A stretch of DNA of 64,000 bases from Macrostomum hystrix (Eukaryota; Animalia; Platyhelminthes). The stretch spans positions 18,600,001-18,664,000 of the forward strand of contig CATNEN010000038.1 in assembly GCA_950097015.1 (NCBI GenBank). The letters are read 5' to 3'. The notes beneath the pieces are model-generated. The model was not told the origin of the DNA. It worked only from the letters and a program-made list of their open reading frames with translations, and searched no databases. Positions 25,307 to 37,857 of the stretch are shown here, piece by piece (position 1 is the first letter of the stretch; every line of letters begins with the position of its first letter). The position numbers were made by a program, and so were the translations under genes.

Positions 25307-25895
25307 AGGTGTGCTAGTATTTATGATATTTTATTTACGAAATGAAAAAAATAAATTAAAAAAATCTTCAATCACTACTTGGCTGAAAATTAGTCTAAAT
25401 GATTTGACGCAGTGCAGAATCGAACCCTAGCCTAGCCTAACCTATCCCTAGTGCCTACACATCGGCTATTCCGACTGTTGGTTAGTGGGTGCAGAAATCA
25501 GCCTTATAAAATGAATTCTCAAAGTTCTGGCTTTGTACAATGAAGTAAGAAAATAGAGTACACTCAGTTGTGTACATTTATTTCCAATTTGTCTCCAGAG
25601 TGCAGGCTTCAAATTCAATCAGCTAGGGGTTGTTGCGCAATTTGACGATGCAATTCTAATTCAGTGGCAGTGAGTTAAAATTCTCAATAGGCCAAGATGG
25701 TTTGACCTTTGACAAAATCATGTTTTTCGAATATTTAATCCCCTTAGCAATGGAGTTAAGCTTAATAAAAATACGTGTAAAATTCTGCCCATATTTCGCA
25801 TATTTTGGTGAAGAAATGGTGAAAATCGGTTGAGCCGTTCGGGAGAAAATCAATTACAACCAAGTAAGTAAACAGTTCATTTTTAGTATATTAGA

Positions 25896-28800
25896 CTAGC
25901 AAGTTTTGCCCCCCTTCGGGGAGCAGAAATATTTTTAATTCGTCTATTATATACTTTTTAGCAGCTGAATTTACAGCTTTTTAATTCTACATTGATCCCC
26001 CAGTTGACAATGATCCCCCAGTTAGCAATGATCCCGCAGTCGACAATGATCCCCCAGTTGACAATGATTCCCCAGTTAGCAATGATCCCGCAGTCGACAA
26101 TGATCCCCAGTTGACAATGATCCCACAGTCGACAATGATCCCCCAGTTGACAAAGATCCCCCAGTTCACAATGAACCCCCAGTTGACAATGATCCCCCAG
26201 TTGACAATGATCCCCCAGTTGACAATGATCCCCCAGTTGACAATGATCCCCCAGTTGACAATGATCCCCCAGTTGACAATGATCCCCCAGTTGACAATGA
26301 TCCCCCAGTTGACAATGATCCCCCAGTTAACAAAGATCCCCCAGTTCACAATGATCCCCCAGTTGATGATGACTCCCCATTGATGATGATCCCCAGTTAA
26401 CAATGTTCCTCCAGTTGACAATGTTCCCCCAGTTGACAATGATCCCCCAGTTGATGATGATCACCCAGTTGACAATGATCCCCCAGTTGACAATGATCCC
26501 CCAGTTGACAATGATTCCCCAGTTGACAATGATCCCGCCCGTTGACAATGATCCCACAGTTGACAATGAACCCCCAGTTGACAATGATCCGCCAGTTGAT
26601 GATGATCCCCCAGTTGACAATGATCCCCCAGTTGACTATGATCCCCCAGTTGACAATGAACCCCAGTTGACAACGATCCCCCAGTTGACAATGATCCCCC
26701 AGTTGACAATGATCCCGCCCGTTGACAATGATCCCACAGTTGACAATTAACCCCTAGTTGACAATGAACCCCCAGTTGACAATGAACCCCCAGTTGACAA
26801 TGATCCCCCAGTTGACAATGATCCCCCCGTTGACAATGATCCCCCAGTTGACAATGAACCCCCAGTTGACAATGATCCCCCAGTTGACAATGATCCCCCA
26901 GTTGACAATGATCCCCCAGTTGACAATGATCCCACAGTTGACAATGATCCCCCAGTTGACAATGATCCCCCAGTTGACGATTATCCCCCAGTTGACAATG
27001 ATCCCCCCGTTGACAATGATCCCCCAGTTGACAATGATCCCCCAGTTGACAATGATCCCCCAGTTGACAATGATCCCCCAGTTGACAATGATCCCCCAGT
27101 TGACAATTATCCCCCAGTTTACCATGATCCCCCAGTTGACGATTATCCCCCAGTTCACCATGATCCCCATTTCGATGATGACTCCCCAGTTGACGTTGAT
27201 TTTTCAAACGCTGGGTTAGCCAAGATTCAAACTCAGGTTTCGACATGTTTTAAACCCTGGTGGGCTATGATTCAAACTCTCGTTTTGCCATGATTCAGAC
27301 TCTGGTTGGCTATGATTCAAACTCTGGTTTAGCCATGATTCAAACTCTGGTTTAGCCATGATTCAAACTCTGGTTTAGCCATGATTCAAACTCTGGTTTA
27401 GCCATGATTCAAACGCTGGGTTAGCCATTATTGAAACTCGGTTTTTGCCATGATTCAAACTCTGGTTTAGCCATGATTCAAACGCCGGGTTAGCCATGAT
27501 TGAAACTCTGGTTTAGCCAAGATTCAAACTCTGGTTGGCTATGATTCAAACTCTGGTTTAGCCATGATTCAAACTCTGGTTTAGCCATGATTCAAACTCT
27601 GGTTTAGCCATGATTCAGACGCTGGTTTAGCCATGCTGATGATGATGGTTTAGCCATGATTCAGACTCTGGTTTAGCCATGATTCAAACTCTGGTGTAGC
27701 CATTATTCAAACTCTGGTTTAGCCATGATTCAAACTCTGGTTTAGCCATGATTCAGACGCTGGTTTAGCCATGCTGATGATGATGGTTTAGCCATGATTC
27801 AAACTCTGGTTTAGCCATGCTGATGATGATGGTTTAGCCATGATTCAAACGCCGGGTTAGCCATGATTGAAACTCTGGTTTAGCCAAGATTCAAACTCTA
27901 GTTGGCTATGATTCAAACTCTGGTTTAGCCATGATTCAAACTCTGGTTTAGCCATGATTCAAACTCTGGTTTAGCCATGATTCAGACGCTGGTTTAGCCA
28001 TGCTGATGATGATGGTTTAGCCATGATTCAGACTCTGGTTTAGCCATGATTCAAACTCTGGTGTAGCCATTATTCAAACTCTGGTTTAGCCATGATTCAA
28101 ACTCTGGTTTAGCCATGATTCAGACGCTGGTTTAGCCATGCTGATGATGATGGTTTAGCCATGATTCAAACTCTGGTTTAGCCATGCTGATGATGATGGT
28201 TTAGCCATGATTCAAAGCCTGGTGTAGCCATGATTTAGTCTCTGGTTTAGCCATGATTCAAACTCTGGTTTAGCCATGATTCAGACGCTGGTTTAGCCAT
28301 GATTCAGACGCTGGTTTAGCCATGATTTAGTCTCTGGTTTAGCCATGATTCAAACTCTGGTTTAGCCATGATTCAAACTCTGGTTTAGCCATGATTCAGA
28401 CTCTAGTTTAGCCCTGATTCAAACTCTGGTTTAGCCATGATTCAGACGCTGGTTTAGCCATGATTCAGACTCTGGTTTAGCCATGATTCAGACGCTGGTT
28501 TAGCCATGATTTAGTCTCTGGTTTAGCCATGATTCAAACTCTGGTTTAGCCATGATTCAGACGCTGGTTTAGCCATGATTCAGACTCTGGTTTAGCCATG
28601 ATTCAGACGCTGGTTTAGCCATGATTTAGTCTCTGGTTTAGCCATGATTCAAACTCTGGTTTAGCCATGATTCAGACGCTGGTTTAGCCATGATTTTGTC
28701 TCTGGTTTAGCCCTGATTCAAACTCTGGTTTAGCCATGATTCAGACGCTGGTTTAGCCATGATTCAGACTCTGGTTTAGCCATGATTCAGACGCTGGTTT

Positions 28801-30881
28801 AGCCATGATTTAGTCTCTGGTTTAGCCATGATTCAAACTCTGGTTTAGCCATGATTTAGTCTCTGGTTTAGCCATGATTCAAACTCAGGTTTAGCCATGA
28901 TTCAGACGCTGGTTTAGCCATGATTCAGACGCTGGTTTAGCCATGATTGAAACTCTGGTTTAGCCATGATTCAGACGCTGGTTTAGCCATGATTCAGACG
29001 CTGGTTTAGCCATGATTCAGACGCTGGTTTAGCCATGATTGAAACTCTGGTTTAGCCATGATTGAAACTCTGGTTTTGCCATGATTCAGACTCTGGTTTA
29101 GCCATGATTCAAACTCTGGTTTAGCCATGGTTCAAACTCTGGTTTAGCCATGATTCAGACTCTAGTTTAGCCATGATTCAGACTCTGGTTTAGCCATGAT
29201 TCAAACTCTGGTGTAGCCATTATTCAAACTCTGGTTTAGCCATGATTCAAACTCTGGTTTAGCCATGCTGATGATGATGGTTTAGCCATGATTCAAAGCC
29301 TGGTGTAGCCATGATTTAGTCTCTGGTTTAGCCATGATTCAAACTCTGGTTTAGCCATGATACAGACGCTGGTTTAGCCATGATTCAAACTCTGGTTTAG
29401 CCATGATTCAGACGCTGGTTTAGCCATGATTTAGTCTCTGGTTTAGCCATGATTCAAACTCTGGTTTAGCCATGATTTAGTCTCTGGTTTAGCCATGATT
29501 CAAACTCAGGTTTAGCCATGATTCAGACGCTGGTTTAGCCATGATTCAGACGCTGGTTTAGCCATGATTGAAACTCTGGTTTAGCCATGATTCAGACGCT
29601 GGTTTAGCCATGATTCAGACGCTGGTTTAGCCATGATTCAGACGCTGGTTTAGCCATGATTGAAACTCTGGTTTAGCCATGATTGAAACTCTGGTTTTGC
29701 CATGATTCAGACTCTGGTTTAGCCATGATTCAAACTCTGGTTTAGCCATGGTTCAAACTCTGGTTTAGCCATGATTCAGACTCTAGTTTAGCCATGATTC
29801 AGACTCTGGTTTAGCCATGATTCAAACTCTGGTGTAGCCATTATTCAAACTCTGGTTTAGCCATGATTCAAACTCTGGTTTAGCCATGCTGATGATGATG
29901 GTTTAGCCATGATTCAAAGCCTGGTGTAGCCATGATTTAGTCTCTGGTTTAGCCATGATTCAAACTCTGGTTTAGCCATGATACAGACGCTGGTTTAGCC
30001 ATGATTCAAACTCTGGTTTAGCCATGATTCAGACGCTGGTTTAGCCATGATTCAGACGCTGGTTTAGCCATGATTGAAACTCTGGTTTAGCCATGATTGA
30101 AACTCTGGTTTTGCCATGATTCAGACTCTGGTTTAGCCATGATTCAAACTCTGGTTTAGCCATGGTTCAAACTCTGGTTTAGCCATGATTCAGACTCTAG
30201 TTTAGCCATGATTCAGACTCTGGTTTAGCCATGATTCAGACTCTGGTTTAGCCATGATTCAAACTCTATTTTTGCAATGATTCAAACTCAGGTGTGCTAT
30301 GATTTATGATATTTAATTTACGAAATGAAAAAAATAAATTAAAATAATCTTCAATCACTACTGGCTGAAAATTAGTCTAAATGATTTGACGCAGTGCAGA
30401 ATCGAACCCTAGCCTAGCCTAACCTATTCCTAGTGCCTACACATCGGCTATTCCGACTGTTGGTTAGTGGTTGCGGAATTCAGCCTTATAAAATGAATTC
30501 TCAAAGTTCTGGCTTTGTACAATGAAGTAAGAAAATAGAGTACACTCAGTTGTGTACATTTATTTCCAATTTGTCTCCAGAGTGCAGGCTTCAAATTCAA
30601 TCAGCTAGGGGTTGTTGCGCAATTTGACGATGCAATTCTAATTCAGTGGCAGTGAGTTAAAATTCTCAATAGGCCAAGATGGTTTGACCTTTGACAAAAT
30701 CATGTTTTTCGAATATTTAATCCCCTTAGCAATGGAGTTAAGCTTAATAAAAATACGTGTAAAATTCTGCCCATATTTCGCATATTTTGGTGAAGAAATG
30801 GTGAAAATCGGTTGAGCCGTTCGGGAGAAAATCAATTACAACCAAGTAAGTAAATAAACAGTTCATTTTTAGTATATTAGA
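25896..30881 (-). mobile_element. Non-autonomous Helitron copy 2 (head-to-tail)
   Basis: Exact CTAG|TC junctions at 25895/25896 and 30881/30882, same hairpin, near-identical 5' module. Confidence 0.85.
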
Positions 30882-33800
30882 CTAGCAAGTTATGCCCCCC
30901 TTCGGGGAGCAGAAATACTTTTAATTCGTCTAGTATATACTTTTTAGCAGCTGAATTTACAGCTTTTTATAGCTACAATGAACCCCCAGTTGACAATGAT
31001 CCCCCAGTTGACAATGATCCCCCAGTTGATGATGATCCCCTAGTTGATGATGATCCCCCAGTTGACAATGATCCCCCAGTTGACAATGAACCCCCAGTTG
31101 ACAATGATCCCCCAGTTGACAATGAACCCCCAGTTGACAATGAACCCCCAGTTGACAATGATCCCCCAGTTGACAATGATCCCACAGTTGACAATGATCC
31201 CCCAGTTGACAATGATCCCCCAGTTGACAATGATCCCCCAGTTGACAAAGATCCCCCAGTTGACAATGAACCCCCAGTTGACAATGATCCCCTAGTTGAC
31301 AATGATCCCCCAGTTGACAATGATCCCCCAGTTGACAATGATCCCCCAGTTCACAATGATCCCCCAGTTGATGATGACTCCCCATTGATGATGATCCCCA
31401 GTTAACAATGTTCCTCCAGTTGACAATGATCCCCCAGTTGACAATGATCCCCCAGTTGATGATGATCCCCTAGTTGATGATGATCCCCCAGTTGATGATG
31501 ATCATCCAGTTGACAATGATCCCCCAGTTGACAATGATCCCCCCAGTTGACAATGATTCCCCAGTTGACAATGATCCCGCCCGTTGACAATGATCCCACA
31601 GTTGACAATGAACCCCCAGTTGACAATGATCCGCCAGTTGATAATGATCCCCCAGTTGACAATGATCCCCCAGTTGACAATGATCCCCCAGTTGACAATG
31701 ATCCCCCAGTTGACAATTATCCCCCAGTTTACCATGATCCCCCAGTTGACGATTATCCCCCAGTTGACCATTTCCCCCTAGTTGACAATGATCCCCCAGT
31801 TGACAATGACCCCCCAGTTGACAATGATCACCCAGTTGACAATTATCCCCCAGTTTACCATGATCCCCCAGTTGACGATTATCCCCCAGTTTACCATGAT
31901 CCCCATTTTGATGATGACTCCCCAGTTGACGTTGATTTTTCAAACGCTGGGTTAGCCAAGATTCAAACTCTGGTTTAGCCATGATTCAAACGCTGGTTTA
32001 GCCATGATTCAGACTCTGGTTTAGCCATGATTCAAACGATGGTTTAGCCATGATTCAAACGATGGTTTTGCCATGATTCAAACTCTGGTTTAGCCATGAT
32101 TCAAACTCTGGTTTAGCCATGATTCAAACGATGGTTTAGCCATGATTCAAACGATGGTTTAGCCATGATTCAAACAATTGTTTAGCCATGATTCAAGATC
32201 TGGTTTTGCCATGATTCAAACTCTGGTTTAGCCATGATTCAAACTATGGTTTAGCCATGATTCAAACGATGGTTAAGCCATGATTCAAACTCTGGTTTTG
32301 CCATGATTCAAACTCTGGTTTAGCCATGATTCAAACGATGGTTTAGCCATGATTCAAACTCTGGTTTAGCCATGATTCAAACAATTGTTTAGCCATGATT
32401 CAAGATCTGGTTTAGTCATGATTCAGACCCTGGTTTAGCCATGATTCAAACTCTGGTTTAGCCATGATTCAAACGATGGTTTAGCCATGATGTAAACGAT
32501 GGTTTAGCCATGATTCAAACAATTGTTTAGCCATGATTCAAGATCTGGTTTAGTCATGATTCAGACCCTGGTTTAGCCATGATTCAAACTCTGGTTTAGC
32601 CATGATTCAAACGATGGTTTAGCCATGATGTAAACGATGGTTTAGCCATGATTCAAACGATGGTTTAGCCATGATTTAAACGATGGTTTAGCCATGATTC
32701 AAACGATGGTTTAGCCATGATTCAAGATCTGGTTTAGCCATGATTCAGACCCTGGTTTAGCCATGATGTAAACGATGGTTTAGCCATGATTCAAACGATG
32801 GTTTAGCCATGATTTAAACGATGGTTTAGCCATGATTCAAACGATGGTTTAGCCATGATTCAAGATCTGGTTTAGCCATGATTCAGACCCTGGTTTAGCC
32901 ATGATTCAAACTCTGGTTTAGCCATGATTCAAACGATGGTTTAGCCATGATTTAAACGATGGTTTAGCCATGATTCAAACTCTGGTTTTGCCATGATTCG
33001 GACTCTGGTTTAGCCACGATTCAGACTCTGGTTTAGCCATGCTGATGATGATAGTTTAGCCATGATTCAGACTCTGGTTTAGCCATGATTCAAACCCTGG
33101 TGTAGCCATGATTTAGTCTCTGGTCTAGCCATGATTCAAACTCTGGTTTAGCCATGATTCAGACGCTGGTTTAGCCATGATTGAAACTCTGGTTTAGCCA
33201 TGATTGAAACTCTGGTTTTGCCATGATTCAGACTCTGGTTTAGCCATGATTCAGACCCTGGTTTAGCCATGATTCAGACTCTGGTTTAGCCATGATTCAG
33301 ACTCTGGTTTAGCCATGATGCAAACTCTGGTTTAGCCATGATTCAGACCCTGGTTTAGCCATGATTCAAACTCTGGTTTAGCCATGATTCGGACTCTGGT
33401 TTAGCCATGATTGAAACTCTGGTTTAGCCATGATTCAGACTCTGGTTTAGCCATGATTTTAACTCTGGTTTAGCCATGATTTTAACTCTGGTTTAGCCAT
33501 GATTCAAACTCTGGTTTAGCCATGATTCAGACGCTGGTTTAGCTATGATTTAAACTCTGTTTTAGCCATGATTCAGACTCTGGTTTTGCCATGATTCAGA
33601 CTCTGGTTTAGCCATGATTCAGACTCTGGTTTAGCCATGATTCAGACTCTGGTTTAGCCATGATTCAAACTCTGGTTTAGCCATGATTCAAACTCTGGTT
33701 TAGCCATGATTCAGACTCTGGTTTAGCCATGATTTAAACTCTGTTTTAGCCATGATTCAGACTCTGGTTTAGCCATGATTCAGACTCTGGTTTAGCCATG

Positions 33801-36104
33801 ATTCAGACTCTGGTTTAGCCATGATTCAGACGCTAGTTTAGCCATGATTCAAACCCTGGTGTAGCCATGATTTAGTCTCTGGTTTAGCCATGATTCAAAC
33901 TCTGGTTTAGCCATGATTCAGACTCTGGTTTAGCCATGATTCAGACTCTGGTTTAGCCATGATTCAAACCCTGGTGTAGCCATGATTTAGTCTCTGGTTT
34001 AGCCATGATTCAAACTCTGGTTTAGCCATGATTCAGACGCTGGTTTAGCCATGATTGAAACTCTGGTTTAGCCATGATTGAAACTCTGGTTTTGCCATGA
34101 TTCAGACTCTGGTTTAGCCATGATTCAGACCCTGGTTTAGCCATGATTCAGACCCTGGTTTAGCCATGATTCAAACTCTGGTTTTGCCATGATTCAGACT
34201 CTGGTTTAGCCATGATTCAGACTCTGGTTTAGCCATGATTCAGACTCTGGTTTAGCCATGATTCAGACTCTGGTTTAGCCATGATTCAGACGCTAGTTTA
34301 GCCATGATTCAGACGCTGGTTTAGCCATGATTCAGACTCTGGTTTAGCCATGATTCAGACTCTGGTTTAGCCATGATTCAGACTCTGGTTTAGCCATGAT
34401 TTTAACTCTGGTTTAGCCATGATTTTAACTCTGGTTTAGCCATGATTCAAACTCTGGTTTAGCCATGATTCAGACGCTGGTTTAGCTATGATTTAAACTC
34501 TGTTTTAGCCATGATTCAGACTCTGGTTTTGCCATGATTCAGACTCTGGTTTAGCCATGATTCAGACTCTGGTTTAGCCATGATTCAGACTCTGGTTTAG
34601 CCATGATTCAAACTCTGGTTTAGCCATGATTCAAACTCTGGTTTAGCCATGATTCAGACGCTGGTTTAGCCATGATTGAAACTCTGGTTTAGCCATGATT
34701 GAAACTCTGGTTTTGCCATGATTCAGACTCTGGTTTAGCCATGATTCAGACCCTGGTTTAGCCATGATTCAGACCCTGGTTTAGCCATGATTCAAACTCT
34801 GGTTTAGCCATGATTCGGACTCTGGTTTAGCCATGATTCAGACTCTGGTTTAGCCATGATTCAGACTCTGGTTTAGCCATGATTCAGACTCTGGTTTAGC
34901 CATGATTCAGACGCTAGTTTAGCCATGATTCAGACGCTGGTTTAGCCATGATTCAGACTCTGGTTTAGCCATGATTCAGACTCTGGTTTAGCCATGATTC
35001 AGACTCTGGTTTAGCCATGATTTTAACTCTGGTTTAGCCATGATTCAAACTCTGGTTTAGCCATGATTCAGACGCTGGTTTAGCTATGATTTAAACTCTG
35101 TTTTAGCCATGATTCAGACTCTGGTTTTGCCATGATTCAGACTCTGGTTTAGCCATGATTCAGACTCTGGTTTAGCCATGATTCAGACTCTGGTTTAGCC
35201 ATGATTCAAACTCTGGTTTAGCCATGATTCAAACTCTGGTTTAGCCATGATTCAAACTCTGGTTTAGCCATGATTCAGACTCTGGTTTAGCCATGATTCA
35301 GACTCTGGTTTAGCCATGATTCAGACTCTGGTTTAGCCATGATTCAGACTCTGGTTTAGCCATGATTCAGACGCTAGTTTAGCCATGATTCAGACGCTGG
35401 TTTAGCCATGATTCAGACTCTGGTTTAGCCATGATTCAGACTCTGGTTTAGCCATGATTCAAGCTCTATTTTTGCCATGATTCAAACTCAGGTTTGCTAT
35501 GATTTATGATATTTTATTTACGAAATGAAAAAAAAAATCAAAATAAGCTTCAATCACTACTGGCTGAAAATTAGTCTAAATGATGATTTGACGCAGTGCA
35601 GAATCGAACCCTAGCCTAGCCTATAACCTATTCCTAGTGCCTACACATCGGCTATTCCGACTGTTGGTTAGTGGGTGCAAAAATCAGCCTTATAAAATGA
35701 ATTCTCAAAGTTCTGGCTTTGTACAATGAAGTGAGAAAATAGAGTACACTCAGTCTCGCGGTTGGTTTTGTACATTTATTTCAAATTTGTCTCCAGAGTG
35801 CAGGCTTCTAACTCAGTCAGCGAGGGGGTGTTGCGCAATTTGACGATGCAATTCCAATTCAGTGGCAGTGAGTAAAATTCTCAATAGGCCAAGATGGTTT
35901 GACCTTTGAAAAAATCATGTTTTTCGAATATTTAATCCCTTTAGCAATAAAGTTAAGCTTAATAAAAATACGTGTATAATTGTCCCCATATTTGGCATCT
36001 TTTGGTGAAGAAATGGTGAAAATCGGTTGAGCCGTTCGGGAGAAAATCAATTACAAGCAACCAAGCAACCAACCAAGCAAGCATTTCATTTTTAGTATAG
36101 TGGA
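30882..36104 (-). mobile_element. Non-autonomous Helitron copy 3
   Basis: 3' hairpin + CTAG at 30882; 5' A|TC(CACTATA) at 36104. The whole array sits between A and T, the canonical Helitron target. Confidence 0.85.
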
Positions 36105-36107
36105 TGA

Positions 36108-36634
36108 CACTACTGGCTGAAAATTAGTCTAAATGATTTGACGCAGTGCAGAATCGAACCCTAGCCTAGCCTAACTTATTCCTCGTGCCTACACATCGGC
36201 TATTCCGACTGTTGGTTAGTGGGTGCAGAAATCAGCCTTATAAAATGAATTCTCAAAGTTCTGGCTTTGTACAACAAAGTGAGAAAATAGAGTACACTCA
36301 GTCTCGCGGTTGGTTGTGTACATTTATTTCCAATTTGTCTCCAGAGTGCAGGCTTTAAATTCAATCAGCTAGGGGTTGTTGCGCAATTTGACGATGCAAT
36401 TCTAATTCAGTGGCAGTGAGTAAAATTCTCAATAGGCCAAGATGTTTGACCTTTGAAAAATCATGTTTTTCGAATATTTAATCCCTTTAGCAATAAAGTT
36501 AAGCTTAATAAAAATACGTGTATAATTGTCACCATATTTAGCATCTTTTGGTGAAGAAATGGTGAAAATCGGTTAAGCCGTTCGGGAGAAAATCAATTAC
36601 AAGCAAGCAAGCATTTCATTTTTAGTATAGTGGA
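36108..36634 (-). mobile_element. Extra partial Helitron 5' module without satellites
   Basis: Near copy of 35555-36104, ending in the same TCCACTATA 5' terminus. Confidence 0.75.
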
Positions 36635-36704
36635 CTAAAAATTTGCAATGCCCTATGCCCTCCGATACGGAGTCGTTTTTTGCGGACACAAACCAAACCA
36701 AACC

Positions 36705-37030
36705 AATTCACCAATGTAAACCCTAGGCTGCTCCCCTTGTGTGTGATGCGCCAGGACTATCAATCTAGCTTTTTTTTCCCATCAATTCTTCTGTCAAACC
36801 AATTTACCAATGTAAATCTGTCAAACCAATTTACCAATATAAACCCTAGGCTGCTCCCCTTGTGTGTGATGCGCCAGGACTACCAATCTAGCTACAAACT
36901 CTCAAATAAATTTTTTCCATCAATTTTTCTGTAACCCTCCAATGCGAAAAAACGCACTACAATCTCAATCTACCTATAACTCACCTAGGCTGCTCCCCTT
37001 GCGATGCGCCAAAAGCTATCAATCTAATTA
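36705..37030. repeat. Three degenerate copies of a ~60-bp motif (CCTAGGCTGCTCCCCTTG...GATGCGCCA...ATCAATCTA)
   Basis: Copies near 36720, 36843 and 36983. Confidence 0.7.
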
Positions 37031-37857
37031 CTAAGCTCTAATCTTTCTGCTAAATTACAAATGCGAAAATGCGATACCCTAACCAATTTGGGGGTTGGCT
37101 AGGCTTTGCAAATTCATATGTACTATGCGCTTGTCTTAGATTTCCTCTTTTATCCTGATGTCCTAATCTTTGTGAGGACCCATTTTTTATCCCAATCATG
37201 CGCACTCAATATACCAAAAAATATTTTCCATTCGTTTTTTTTTATCGTGTAAAATATTTTTCGTCAATCGTATCCAATAAATATACAGTACCTACAGCGG
37301 AAGAGCCCCTCCCAGGGCTGACCCGCGGGTCTTAGACCCAAACCTCTTAACAAAAAAAAAGTGCCAAATCGAGAAATATAAAAACGGTTCGAGATATCCT
37401 CCTAGCCACTACGATAAAACCGCTTAAAATTATTAAAAAAACAAATTATATAGTTTATAAATATAAAATATTGTTATTATCAAACTTAATTGAAAAAATT
37501 GTTTAAAATATTTAACTATGTACGTTTAAGACATAGAATACCTGTAATGTACTTGCATTTTAATTTAAATTATGTTCGTTTCGACGAAACAGGCAAAACT
37601 GTTATGTAATGAAAGTTGTATTCAATTATTTAATTTAGTTTGTTCTTTTTAATTAGATTAAACTTTTTTATGTGGTTTTAATAAAAAAATTTCTTACTTT
37701 TTGCTGAATTGAGTGTAGGCTTGGTTTTTTATATCTCTGCCTTGACTCTTCTAGTATTGTCTGTTACCTTCTGATACTCCTTACTTAATCCAACCTTGTT
37801 CCTTATCCCCTATCCTTACCTATCATTTAATCATACACACATGAAACTTAACAAATA

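Larger units (their letters stand above)
20366..25895 (-). mobile_element. Non-autonomous Helitron copy 1 carrying 18-bp and 23-bp satellites
   Basis: On the minus strand the 5' end is TC(TAATATA) at 25895. The 3' end has hairpin TGCTCCCC-GAA-GGGGGGCA ~10 nt before CTAG|T at 20366. Shares a ~580-bp 5' module with the other copies. Confidence 0.85.

Noticed and set aside
25656-25853. 65-aa ORF repeated at 30638 and 35859
   Set aside because: Part of the Helitron 5' module; no ATG start, frame differs in copy 3, no RepHel motifs.
20428-31982. Many ORFs of TMIPQL / GDHCQL / GIIVNW repeats
   Set aside because: Translations of the 18-bp satellite; frequent frame-shifting C-run indels show no coding constraint.
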